Shown here: piece by piece, positions 10,900 to 23,365 of the stretch
Numbering within the stretch: position 1 is the stretch's first letter
Layout: each line of letters opens with the position of its first letter
Source: Podarcis melisellensis
Lineage: Eukaryota
Strand: one strand, 5' to 3'
Assembly: GCA_964234715.1 (NCBI GenBank)
Contig: OZ174284.1
Length of the DNA: 64,000 nucleotides
Program-made: the position numbers and the translations under genes
The notes under the pieces: model-generated
Seen by the model: only the letters and a program-made list of their open reading frames with translations
What the model was told of the DNA's origin: nothing
The model's database searches: none

Positions 10900-12160
10900 T
10901 GGAGGAGACTTACACAATCTTTCCAAGGCAGAGACTGACAAGGGAAAGACTTAAACAATTCAGTTTCACAAAAATACCATTGAACACCCTACTGATTGGT
11001 ATCATGCAACAATTATTGGGTGAACAATTGGAAGAACTCAAGGCTGAGATGTGCAGAATGCTGAATGAAAATGGTTCAGAGAAAAACCAGACCAAAGAAT
11101 TCATAGAACCTGTGGGGGGAAAGTGTTGATCAAGATCTACCTGAATATGAGAGTGAAAAGGCAAAGTGGGAAACAGCAGAGGAGGAAATGATCTCCACAC
11201 AGGTGTTTGGAGGACTGAAACAGACAAATGATGGCACTGGGATGCTGTAAGAGAGGAATGGAATTTTGGACAGAGACATTAAGAAACATCCAGAGATGGC
11301 AGAGATAGAGCTGAGAGAGAAAGGCTTTTGTACAAGTTGAAGTGAATGCAGAAGAGAAAGTCATCAAGCTTCTGATGATGTGTTTGGAAAACGAGTGGAA
11401 GAAATGGAAATGGAATGATTTTCCCCCTTTAAATTAAGACGGGAAAACATGGCCAATAGGAAATGGGACTAGAAAATATGGAATTGGATAAGAATTAACG
11501 GAGATACAACAAGTAAGTAATTGTGGACTATTACTCTGATAAAAGTTCTTGCAATCTCTTGGAGAAAAAAGTCATTGTACTGGATTGGAGAAAGACAATT
11601 ATTGACATTTAGCAATAATAACAGTAGAAGAACCCCTTTTGGACTATTTGTGTAGAAAGAAAACTAAATGAACGAGATGTCTGGGACTGAAGATTGGGAA
11701 AACACTGCCTAGCAGAATGAGGAACAGCTGGACATTACCCTGGAATCCAGCTAGATACTATCCACGAGTGAATGTTTTGAATATTTTGAATAATCTCTTT
11801 ATATACATAATTGGCAGACGGAGAACCCGAAATCCCCCTTATTTCCATCTTCTAGCATTCTGCTTATGTTTCTTTTATATATTTTGTCTTCTTCTGTTAA
11901 CTTTACCCACACTCATGTTTTGTTCTGTTTTTGATGTCCTCTATTCAGAGTTAATGAGGCTACAAATAGGAAGGTGATAGAAGGATGATGAAGGACCCTG
12001 GCAGGGAAGGGAAGATCTCCCAGGGTGGGAGGCTGGGAGAAGAGAGGGAAGCTCCCAGGTGAGAGCTGGGTGGATGCCCCACCTTTTGTGTGGGACAAAG
12101 GTTAACATGCACCTCTGATAGAGGATTTTGTTTTGTTTTTCTTCCACTTCTTCTCTCTGT

Positions 12161-12220
<60 letters not shown>

Positions 12221-12310
12221 TCCTTGGTTGTTCTCTTTTTTCTATTTTTATTTAGGTTAGTTTGGATTTTATTGTATTGTATGCTGAAAAGTTTCAATAT
12301 TTTTTTTTAA
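10900..12310 (+). mobile_element. Decayed LINE-like (possibly L1-derived) sequence
   Basis: A/G-rich strand with broken coiled-coil-like frames (QLEELKAEMCRML) and a T-rich 3' part; no intact ORF. Confidence 0.35.
12160..12222. repeat. (TTTC)n microsatellite
   Basis: Direct reading. Confidence 0.95.
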
Positions 12311-12565
12311 GCCCCAAATATGGACTGCTCAGAGATGTGGGCTTTGAAGTGGGGGCAGGAAGGAAACATAACACAAATGTGTTAAGTAATGTATCCTTGC
12401 GGAAGAGAAGCAGCTGAACTGCATACTAAGGATACCTCTAGCCCCTGAGGGATTGACTGAGCCTCTGGGCTTCTAATTGCCTATCTCCCACAGTACTCCT
12501 TAATTTTAAAATTAATCACCACTTTTATTGTGTTATAATTAATGTAGATATAGTGATGGAGTGTA

Positions 12566-12956
12566 TGCCCGTAATGCCCAGGGCAGGCTTGTTGGGTGCA
12601 CCCCTGAGGTGTGCGGGGTGCAGAGGGAGCCACAGTTCAGGGTAGGGGAAGGGTGGGGAAGCTGCTGCCCACTCTCCTCCTGTTCTCCACCGCAGGGTCA
12701 GGCCTGACCCAGCAGTGGAGGTGCTGCCACCAGGCGCGAGGTGTGCCGCGGCCAAGGAGGCTCCACCCACCCGCCTGCTCTCCTCCCCTGGGTCAGGCCT
12801 GACCCAAGGGTGAGCGGAGCTGCGCCAGGCACGAGTGTCTCAGCCAAGGTGCAGCTCCTTCTGGCATGGTGCCAGGCTCCAGTGAAGGAGCCTTGCCCTA
12901 GGAGTGCCTGTTTGCGCCCCCTCTCAAAATTGCTCAACACCCCTGGTATGCCTCTG
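12566..12956. mobile_element. Decayed GC-rich non-autonomous DNA transposon
   Basis: Abrupt GC-rich island ending GCGCCCCCTCTCAAAATTG...CCCCTGGTATGCCTCTG, similar in style to the element at 28722-29052. Confidence 0.45.
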
Positions 12957-13951
12957 TGTAGACATAATGTAGATGTATGTTCTTGCTCAGGTGACTCAAA
13001 CTCTTAAGTATCAGTGGAAAGTTTTCCTAACCTCTAAATTCAATTTGCATATATTGAAAGCTACCTTTGATTTGTTCCATGATCTCTGCTTTTTCACACA
13101 TTTCTGAAAAGGCATTGTAACTGTATAACCCCCATTGCACTCTAAGCTTTATACAAACAAATAAAAAAAAACCCTTTCCTGATTATTTGTTTCATTAGTA
13201 ACATTCTTCAGATCAAATTTACCTAATCCATGGTTCAGTCTACTAACGGGAAATCAGCTCAGTGAACAAGAATTTATATAACAAAAGAAATGCTCACTTT
13301 GGGAATCCTCATAATACTCTGCTCATTGAAAAAAATGCTAACCTCCAGACTTTTTATTTTTTACTCTACTGCTCTCGTGTTTCACTTCGGATTTAGCTGC
13401 AAACGAGAGACTCTATAAAGCCCTTTAATCCATCAATCTCCTATTTGCTGAAGTACAAGTTTCATGGTGCCTCAAAGTTTGCTTTATTTCTTGTTATTTT
13501 TATTTCTTATCACAGCTGCTATCCATAGGCATGATACATTTAATTTTATTGCATATTTTACCATTCTTCACTTTCTAAACAATTCATCTTGAATATTCAT
13601 TAATGTCTCTTTATTTTAAGAATTTTAGGCATGGGTCTGCTTTTCACACCCACCGTCATGATGCAACTGGCATCGCTGAGCAGTTCCTTTCTTGAAATGT
13701 AGCTACACTACTAATATGTTCCTTTTCTGCCTGTCAAGTAACATTATATATTTTTCTTTTCTCAGAAGTTATGATAAGCTCTTTTGGCTATTGCACCACA
13801 ACTAAAACTATTCTGAGATTTATTTATTTATTACCTAGTCAACTGGACAGTCAAAATGCAGTTTTATTTATTTCTGGCAGTACCAATTCATATCTCTAAA
13901 AGGGCATTGGTGGACTGGCATTCTGTTTGGAACCTTGTTTTCACGGTTCCT

Positions 13952-14437
13952 AGAGACATCACCTTGCCAACAAAGGTCCGTATAGTTAAAGCTATGGTTT
14001 TCCCAGTAGTGATGTATGGAAGTGAGAGCTGGACCATAAAGAAGGCTGATCACCGAAGAATGGATGCTTTTGAATTATGGTGCTGGAGGAGACTCTTGAG
14101 AGTCCCATGGACTGCAAGAAGATCAAACCGATCCATTCTGAAGGAAATCAGCCCTGAGTGTTCACTGGAAGGACAGATCGTGAAGCTGAGGCTCCAATAC
14201 TTTGGCCACCTCATGAGAAGAGAAGACTCCCTGGAAAAGACCCTGATGTTGGGAAAGATGGAGGGCACAAGGAGAAGGGGACGACAGAGGACGAGATAGT
14301 TGGACAGTGTTCTCGAAGCTACGAACATGAGTTTGACCAAGCTGTGGGAGGCAGTGGAAGGCAGGAGTGCCTGGCATGCTCTGGTCCAGGGGGTCACGAA
14401 GAGTCGGACACGACTAAATGACTAAACAACAACAACA
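13952..14437 (+). mobile_element. RTE/BovB LINE 3' fragment with (CAA)n tail
   Basis: Encodes DITLPTKVRIVKAMVFPVVMYGSESWTIKKA...DAFELWCWRRLLRVPWTARRSN...LEKTLMLGK (BovB ORF C-terminus), with a premature TAG. Confidence 0.95.
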
Positions 14438-15926
14438 GGCAAGCAAGAGGCATTATCAGAGTTCAAGGCCAGGCAAAAACACTCAAGGGCAGTGAAGCAG
14501 AGCTAGTGAAGAAATGGGCTGTGGGGAGAGTCCTAAGGGCCAGATAGAGGTGCTTGGAGGGCCACATTTGGCCCCTGGTTCCCAGGTTCCCCACCCCTGA
14601 TGTTAAGACTGGCTTGTAATTGCCCTTCTGTGCAACCCCAGTGAGAAAGAGCTGCTTCAGGTGGATTAGAAATGGCTGCATGTGTGTCTCTAAAGAGGAA
14701 TGCAGTATCATTTGTATTCTCTCAACTATGCAGTAGACTAGAGGGACTAGGAAAGGTTTGTTTCTCGCATGGTTGCCTAATTGGACTACTTTGTGTTATA
14801 GAGAGCATCCTTACATACAAATGTGAATGGTGTGGTAGCACTTTTGGATAAACTCTTTCATTAAAGGCTTGCGTCACAGTCAGTAGAGGATGAATGCACT
14901 AGTGGAGCTGCACTTCTAAAGCAGCACTAGCAAATCATTTCTAATCAAGTAAGGAAAGTGACGTCACTCTTGGTAAATGTAAAGTTGCTTTTTCTGAATG
15001 CAGCGGCCAAGTAATTTTGCTCTGCAGTTGAGAGAAATAACAAGGCTGTTGCCTCGTTGTCCAGCTGGACTAGAACGGGCTGCCAATTTCCTTGTTTAAG
15101 GGCACACAGCTTTATGCAGCCCAGTAATCATAATTGCATCCATTCATGTTTCAGTTTGTTCAACTGTGAACGAATGGGAGTGAAGGGAAAGGACCTTTGT
15201 GGGATTTGCATTCATTATATCCAAAATCCCATGGCACTTTTCTTTCTAATGGCCCTGTGTCTCAAGAGCAGGGCTTTTTTAAAGGATCCTAATAGGTCTG
15301 GGCATCAAAATCCTATTGTAATTGACTATTCTATGAGTGTCTATAGCACCTTGCATTTTAAATATCATAATGCTAATGGCGCACAAATGATCTGGCTTAT
15401 ACTGCAAGCACCTTTTTAACTAGTCCTGTGTTAAAATCTGTCCTTCAGTTTCTCAGAGGTTTCCATCCACCGTGATGTGAAAAAGCATTCAATTTTTCTG
15501 CCTTGTTCTCAGGGCACTTGAGAATTTCATAAGAATTTCAACAGGTGCACAGTTCTGAGCTAACCTCCTTGATGGAGGTATCGGAGGATGGTATGTGGTT
15601 TTTTTCTTTCCAGTAAACATATCTTCAGCACTCTGAAGTCTCACTGGCTGCCTGAACCTCCTGATCTGAAAAAGCCCTGTAAGACTTGCCTCATAATGTC
15701 TTTCCCTGGGATTTAATTGAAGTGCAGAAACTTGGAAAGGTTTCAGAGTGAACACCACTGATGAGATGACGTCCCTAGCCTCATGTAGGCAATTTGCAGA
15801 CAATTTTGGATTAACTTAATCAAATATATTTCACTATGAAATCTTCCAGATCATACTTAAGGGCTTCCCCCCTTTCAATGGATGTCATTGCTTGTTGTTT
15901 TTAAGGCCAAAGTACCCACTTTTCAA

Positions 15927-16166
15927 GGGACATGGGTGGTGCTGAGCCTCTTGGGCCTGCCGATCAGAAGGTCGGCGGTTCGAATCCCCGCGACGGGGTG
16001 AGCTCCTGTTGCTCGGTCCCAGCTCCTGTCAACCTAGCAGTTTGAAAGCATGTCAAAGTGCAAGTAGATCAATAGGTACCGCTCTGGCGGGAAGCTAAAC
16101 CGCGATTCCATGTGCTGCTCTGGTTCGCCGGAAGCAGTTTAGTCATGCTGGCCACATGACCTGGAA
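15927..16166 (+). mobile_element. Sauria SINE, partial
   Basis: GCCGATCAGAAGGTCGGCGGTTCGAATCCCCGCGACGGGGTGAGCTCC core; 3' tail missing. Confidence 0.88.
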
Positions 16167-16207
16167 AAAGGGTTTCTGTTTATGTGAGATGGTGCCCTTA
16201 GAGTGAA

Positions 16208-16229
16208 ATATATATATATATATATATAT
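16208..16229. repeat. (TA)n microsatellite, left flank of the Penelope-like insertion
   Basis: Direct reading. Confidence 0.9.
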
Positions 16230-16281
16230 GGGTTTTGGTGTCCTCGGGTGTCTTCCCGTGTAAAAGTTGGGGTGTCTAGGC

Positions 16282-16315
16282 GACGTTTCGACGAGGTCTC
16301 ACTCGTCATCTTCAG
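16282..16315 (-). ncRNA. Minimal hammerhead ribozyme-like motif (PLE type)
   Basis: CTGAAGA-T-GACGAG-tgagac-CTCGTC-GAAA-CGTC: core, 6-bp stem II, palindromic ACGT stem III; stem I weak. Confidence 0.6.
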
Positions 16316-17202
16316 GCTGGTGCTTTCGGCTTCTTGTTACTGGAACAGAGCAGGATCTCAGTGTTTGAGTTCCTATAAATACTGTTGAGGGGGTGTGGTG
16401 TATAGCCTCCAATGTTCTGGGCAGAGAGGAAGTTCCCAGGCTAGTGTGCCTTTTCTTCTTTTGTTCCTTAATTACTTGAGGGATATCTTGAGTGATTTCT
16501 TGAGTGATATCCTGAGTACCACTTAGGTGGGTCATTAGGTGTGGATTAGTTGCTAAAGTCTTTGTGTCTTGACCTCTTGAACTTTGTGAAGAGTTTTTCT
16601 GAGAAGATGGCTGTACTGCACATAGTTGTGCTCTGGCTTGGCTTCGTGTATAGGGGCGAGCTGTGGTTTTGTGGCCTGTGTCAGCCAGATCTGTGTAGGG
16701 ATTGCAGAGGGGTGCAGCATCCGGAGGTGCCACCATGGTTTGGCTACTGGATGGTGTCTGTAATTTATCTGTGGAGAGGGTCTGGGTTTGGGTCTGGATG
16801 CTGCACCCCCCTGCAATCCCTACACAGATCTGGCTGACACAGGCCACAAAACCACAGCTCGCCCCTATACACGAAGCCAAGCCAGAGCACAACTAAGTGC
16901 AGTACAGCCATCTTCTCAGAAAAACTCTTCACAAAGTTCAAGAGGTCAAGACACAAAGACTTTAGCAACTAATCCACACCTAATGACCCACCTAAGTGGT
17001 ACTCAGGATATCACTCAAGAAATCACTCAAGATATCCCTCAAGTAATTAAGGAACAAAAGAAGAAAAGGCACACTAGCCTGGGAACTTCCTCTCTGCCCA
17101 GAACATTGGAGGCTATACACCACACCCCCTCAACAGTATTTATAGGAACTCAAACACTGAGATCCTGCTCTGTTCCAGTAACAAGAAGCCGAAAGCACCA
17201 GC

Positions 17203-17236
17203 CTGAAGATGACGAGTGAGACCTCGTCGAAATGTC
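17203..17236 (+). ncRNA. Minimal hammerhead ribozyme-like motif, second copy with C>T in stem III
   Basis: CTGAAGA-T-GACGAG-tgagac-CTCGTC-GAAA-TGTC. Confidence 0.55.
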
Positions 17237-17318
17237 GCCTAGACACCCCAACTTTTACACGGGAAGACACCCGAGGACACCAAAACCTGCATTCCTGTAC
17301 CCGTGAAAATCTACGAAA

Positions 17319-17320
<2 letters not shown>

Positions 17321-17364
<44 letters not shown>
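17321..17364. repeat. (AT)n microsatellite, right flank of the Penelope-like insertion
   Basis: Direct reading. Confidence 0.95.
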
Positions 17365-17371
<7 letters not shown>

Positions 17372-17576
17372 TATGGAAGACTTACGGTAATATTCTAACG
17401 TCATACCTGACAACCAGGCAAAGGCCCCATTAGTGGGGAAATCTGCATTATTTATCTTTTATTTCATTGAAGAATAATTAATAATAATAACAGTAATTTC
17501 TATAATATTCTTGTATATAAAATATTGAGTGAAAATAATTAGGACTAAAAATGATGTAATAAATATGAAACCTGTA

Positions 17577-18083
17577 TAGTGGTACCTTGGTTCTCAAACT
17601 TAATTTGTTCCAGAAGTCCGTTCCAAAACCAAAGCGTTCCAAAACCAAGGCACGCTTTCCCATAGAAAGTTATGCATAATTGATTAATCCATTCCAGACT
17701 TTTAAAAACAACCCCTAAACCAACAATTTAGCATGAATTTCACTATCTAATGAGACCACTGCTCCATAAAATGAAAGCAATAAGCAATGTACTGCAGTCA
17801 CACACACAATCAATCAATCAGTAGCTGAACTGGGTTCCACACAGTCACGAAAACAAAACAGCCGCAAAAACAAAAGCACAAAATAAATAGCAAAAACAGA
17901 CAGACCTCAGTGTAACACTCAAAACGGAAATGTTGATACTCAAATTGGAAGTGTAACACTCAAAACGGAGCACATTCGGCTTCCAAAAAATGTTCCCAAA
18001 CTGGAACACTTACTTCCAGGTTTGCAGTGTTAGGGTTCCAATTTGTTTGAGAGCCAAGGCATTTGAGAACCAAGGTACTACTA
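17577..18083. mobile_element. Tc1/mariner (Tigger/pogo-like) MITE
   Basis: TIRs TAGTGGTACCTTGGTTCTCAAA / TTTGAGAACCAAGGTACTACTA, TA flanks. Confidence 0.85.
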
Positions 18084-18517
18084 TATCTTGTTTGCTATTA
18101 TTGTTTTTTATATGACAGTTCTATATGCTAGAAACTGAGGCAGTAGGGTAATATATTACCAAAAGGTCACATAATTAGTCTAAGCACCTATTTTCAGTGA
18201 CTTTATGAAATATACATTCACATTTCCTAATCTTGTGGGTAAGGCCCAGTATGCTTAGAACACAGGTCAACCCTTATATGGACTTGGTTAACCAATCAAA
18301 CTTCGAAAAGTAAATTTATTTGGTTTAAATCATTTATATCCCACTCTTCATCCCTAAAGAGAACAGAGCGAAATGAACTCAAACACAAAGAGAGAAAGGA
18401 AAACCTTAAAGTAAAAATATCTAGGAAAGCTCAGGAACCTGAGGTTTTAACTAACTTCCTAAATGCAAGCAGTGAAGGAAACAACATTTTACTTCACAAC
18501 TTCTATTGAACTATTTA

Positions 18518-18735
18518 CAGTGGTACCTCTGGTTAGGAACTTAATTCACTCTGGAGGTCCATTCTTAACCTGAAACTGTTCTTAACCTAAAGCACCACTT
18601 TAGCTAATGGGGCCTCCTGCTGCTGCCACCATGCAATTTCTGTTCTCATCCTGAAGCAAAGTTCTTAACCTGAGGTACTATTTCTGGATTTGCAGAGTCT
18701 ATAACCTGAAGCGTCTGTAACCTAAGGTACCACTG
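18518..18735. mobile_element. Tc1/mariner-type MITE
   Basis: TIRs CAGTGGTACCT / AGGTACCACTG, TA TSD; same family as 36639, 43473 and 62517. Confidence 0.9.
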
Positions 18736-21700
18736 TATATGACTTCTGTGACCCATTTGGGTAGCCTTCATAAACTGACTCATCTTCCATGAAATTTTCC
18801 TAAAATACGCAAAATACTGTTTATTATCAATTTTGTATAATTGTATAATATATACACACGACAGATGAAGGAGACAAGAAAGACATTAGTTCCAAATGGT
18901 AGGTTTTGGTAACCAAGGTTTCAAGATCCCCGTTGTAGCTTGGCTGTATATTAGAGCTTCTAGGCACACCCTTTGCAGAGATGAGTGACACAAAAAGGGG
19001 AGTCTGAGAAGTTCCCTGGAACAGGACTTTGTAGAGCCCAACTTTTGGTTAGTCCGCAGAGCCGCAGCTTCCAAAAGAGGGTGGCGACAAACGAAAGACT
19101 TATTGCTGCAGAATATTGCCTCACACTGGCATCCTTCAGGAGAGTTTTGGGAGACTACAGCCCAGCCTGGGCTGGTGTGGTGGCCTCAAGGATGAACAAC
19201 CTGCTCCTGTCACACCATTCTCACATGACGAAGGGAAACTTTAGACCTGGAAATCTCACTCCCTCTTCCACCCTTCTTCCCAGCATTTGACACAACTGTG
19301 AGTTTTATACTCCATATGATTTATTTTTACAAACGTTAATGATTAAGTGATATATAAATGCCACAAACAATGAAAGTGATGTTTGCAGTTAAATAGGAAT
19401 CTGACATTCCTGAGAGATGCTGGTGCTGTTTCATAAAAAAAAAAAACACATTTAACTTGATGAGCCCCATTTAACACAAAGGAATTTACTTTTCAGTAGG
19501 CATGTATAGGTTATTACCGTAAACCACTTTGTGTGGCCATTTGCTTTTTTATCACTTTTATTTTTAAAGAAGGGAATGGAAGAGAAAGCAAAAACACCAA
19601 GTTTATGTTTAAAGCACTCAAAATCATTATTATTTGTCCAGACAGATCCCGATAGCACATGACCGGAAGCGTGGGGAGGTAAAAACTGAATCTGGCTATA
19701 TCTGTTATAACAAGAAGTCACCCTCCGTAGCAAATGCTATTGACTCCTAAGTAGGAAATACTAATTTTAAACATGAACTGATATCCAGAGGTTACTTATA
19801 ATTCTGTGATTTTTTTGGCTCGTTCCCTGGTAAAACATTCGATCATTTCCCACATGGTGAGATAATAAACCTAAGGTGAGATAATAAGCATTTAAGGACT
19901 CCAGGCCCCACAAGAAAATAACCATATAATTTGCATTTGAGAGGAAAGAGTTCATCATCCTGATGCAGGGAGAAACAATAAATTTTTAAAAGCAAGCTGA
20001 TGATGTAGCTGTTCAAGGTCCTGAAAATAAAAATAAAAAAACAGTTTGGCACTGTAATCCTAATCATACCTCAATATGTTTCTGCAACATTCTTCCTGCT
20101 TGAATATTATGCTTTTCATCCTATGCCCTTGTTTGAGATCCCTGGCCTTCTAAATTTAGGTAGATCATGTCTAGAAAGGGCTTTTTTCCTTTTGTGGTAT
20201 TTGTATGCAGAAAGCTCTTCCTGTGGAAGCCCAACCAGGACCAAATTTAATGCCCTTCTAGCATAAAATGAAACAAATCCTAGCAATGCCTGACCAATGC
20301 AGATATTTTCTGATAATGCCCTAAGGGAACAATATTTGGTATTTTATATCCTAAATACTACTGGTTGACACTTGAAACATAATTATTTAGGTTTGGTTAA
20401 ATGAGTTCAAATTAATAAAAAGTTGTTGCTGAAATGAGAAAAGTGCAAGTTTGAAAACAAAGTGAGCCATAGAAACACAGACTGATAGAGTTGTGTATTC
20501 CAGCAAATGATTTTGTAGGTGCTGTGGGCAGGTGTTTTTGGTTTTTTTATTGTAACTGTCAATACTCACACTCCTGGTACAATGCAGTGTCTGCTTTTCA
20601 TTATTAAACCCATCTTATTATGGGCCCTCAAACTCTCAGAGACAAAGCAAGCTGCGTCAGTGCAATGTTACTTTTCTAGAGCTAATGCTAAGTTAATCAC
20701 TGATTCTGTTAGGCGTGCGCACGGGGGTGTGCTTCGCTTATTTGCCAGAGGGAGACCAAAACATATTAGTGTTAATTATTACAATTTCAATTCCCAGATC
20801 ACCTGCCTGAAAATTACAGAGAGAGTTCTGTACATGCAGTAATCTACTATCTATCCTCACGACTGGGTAGTCTATTAGCATCCAGAGCAATGCTGGACAT
20901 GCTAGGCAAAATCTGCCAGAAAGGCAGTTCTTGAATGGTCACATCAGCATTATTAGCAGAAAATTCATCTGTGTTCTTTAGCAATTAAACATTGCTGGAA
21001 TTGATTGGATTTAAACATTCATTCATCCAGGGAGTAAAATATCTAATTTGTAAGTGAGCTGTTTTTAACTGAATCCATTTTAATGCAGATTCCTGGGCTA
21101 TTAGAAAAAGCGAGATCAATAAATCCACAGGCCGTAATGGGAAATGCACCTAATTAAAGATGTGTTTGATTTATCAACACTGCTGACAGCTGTAACCACA
21201 AAATGGAGAAGTGGAAATGTAGGGATTACATATTGTGTTAACCTAACCACTAAAATGAATTTTAAAATACTATGTGTTAATATGACATAGACCACTTTTC
21301 CATTATTGTGACCTTTACATGTTCTCCCAGGCACAAGGAATACACCTGTGCAGCTGGGAGAATGTTTAAATGTGACTAGGGCTGATTACAGGGTCTTCCC
21401 CCACAAAAATCAACATCCTAGTGGGAGAGAGATTCTGTGTAACATGTTGTCATATGTTTGGATCATTTATATGAATGCTCAGCCATCTGGGAGCCACTCA
21501 CTTATGTGTGAGAACATGTGAAAAACTCGACGTCCTGCCACAATTTTCACTAGATATATGGCAAAATTAACCTTACACCTTGGCAGGATTATACAGATAA
21601 TCCAGCTAGTTCATCTTTATCCTGAACTAAAAATCCCCAAGAACTTTAGCCTTTCTTCCCCCTCTTAGTCACCCTTTTTAAATACCTTTTCCAGATAAAT

Positions 21701-22522
21701 GATATCCTTTGGGGCATGAGTTTAAGTGGAACCGAACTTTGTACTTCAAGTCTGCTGTGAAAACTCTGTAGCATGAGGTCCTCAGAATCAGATTAGTCTG
21801 TTATGTTTGGAAGATATCTCCAAAACATAAATGGTAGAGGCCATTTATTTTGTATGTCCTTCACATTGTTTCCATTCCCACAGGCTTATGAAAATGGTGA
21901 CCAATCTGTATTCTGATACATGGATGAAAAATTACACTATGTTTAACTTAATGCATTGTTATTGTGCATACTTAATAATACAGTTTCCCTAGTCCTGTAA
22001 ACAGATTGTCAAGTGTGTATTCCACCCCTCCCCATACAGTCACAGATGGAGAGGGACATGCCCATAATAGCTTCAAATAAAATCTGTGTACCCACTGAAA
22101 AGCATTTTTCAAATGTAGGTCACCCATTGTGAGAACTTGCTAGATGAGCAAGATGGAAATTTTAATTTGTTTTACAATACCAGTATCAAATTGTGTGCTT
22201 TTATTAAAGTAATTATGTTGCAGTGTAATAAAAGCAATTGTCGCCATTCTGTTCTGCTCTCCCTTTTGTAGAAGAAGAATTAATAAGAAGGTGGTGTGTA
22301 ACTCAGTCGAGTGTCATTGAAAGTGAGATACTTTGAATGCTAGATTTGGGCTTAGGTGAGCTAAAGTGACATTCCCACTCAGTCATGTACTAACAGGAGG
22401 CTAGACTTGGGCTAGTCAGTATCTCTCCAGTTCAGTCCCAGGAGGCAGTTTACTGCTTGTTGGCTGAATGCAGTAAATATTGTACAATACATTATATTTT
22501 AGGGGCCTAACTACATGTTGCA

Positions 22523-22891
22523 GGGACGCGGGTGGCGCTGTGGGTAAAACCTCAGTGCCTAGGACTTGCCGATCGTATGGTCGGCAGTTCGAATCCCTGC
22601 GGCGGGGTGAGCTCCCGTCTTTCGGTCCCAGCTCCTGCCCACCTAGCAGTTCGAAAACACCCCTAAGTGCAAGTAGATAAATAGGTACCACTTTCTAACG
22701 GGAAGGTAAACTGCGTTCTGTGTGCTGCTCTGGTGCTGGCTCACCAGCTGCAGCTTCATCATGCTGGCCACATGACCCGGAAGTGTCTCTGGACAGCGCT
22801 GGCCCCCGGCCTCTTAAGTGAGATGGGCGCGCAACCCCAGAGTCGGTCACGACTGGCCCATACGGGCAGGGGTACCTTTACCTTTACCTTT
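22523..22891 (+). mobile_element. Sauria SINE, full length
   Basis: GGGACGCGGGTGGCGCTGTGGG head, (ACCTTT)n tail, TSD TAACTACAYGTT (22508-22519 / 22891-22902). Confidence 0.95.
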
Positions 22892-23365
22892 AACTACACG
22901 TTACTAAAGAAATTTCTGATAGGCTATTTTCTTAAAAGCACCCATAGGGTAGACAGTTTGGCTTGTGGATTTGGAGCTGAAGCTGTCCTTATACAAATCA
23001 TTTCTTCCTGGTGCATCTATTAACTGCAGGGGGGGGGGGGAATATAAAATGCTCATGTTGTACCCATGTGTTTCCCCCTCCATTCCTAATAGCATTTGTG
23101 CCAAATCACCTCCCCACCCTGCGAATGGTGATTTGCAGTTGCTTTTAGGAAATAATAATAATTTTAAAAACAGTTTCTCTCTCGTGGAATTTGCAGTTTG
23201 GCATTGTGTAATAAATATTCCCTACAAATGATACCTTGTGAATTCCAGCAGAATGGAAGCCACAAGGATGCTGATCCTCAGTATTATGAACCATAGGCTG
23301 TTCCTTGTAAAAGCAATGAAAACAGACTTTAACATTTGGAATATCCCAAAAGAGCCCATTGCTGG

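Larger units (their letters stand above)
16231..17320. mobile_element. Penelope-like element fragment with inverted terminal duplication (492-bp arms) inserted in (TA)n
   Basis: 16231-16722 is the reverse complement of 16796-17287 (three mismatches spotted); hammerhead-like motif in each arm; 33-nt extra tail on the right copy; TA repeats on both sides. Confidence 0.8.

Noticed and set aside
11941-12310. K/E/R-rich and F/L/S-rich ORFs
   Set aside because: Translations of the (TTTC)n microsatellite
18272-18281. CArG box CCTTATATGG
   Set aside because: An isolated 10-mer, expected by chance in 64 kb of AT-rich DNA
18842-19292. Possible further solo LTR with SP..R..KR motif (ORF 18985..19290)
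   Set aside because: Ends in TGACA but the 5' end and TSD could not be established
22523-22605. Sauria SINE heads as tRNA genes
   Set aside because: tRNA-derived A/B boxes, but continuous with the SINE body and without a proper cloverleaf
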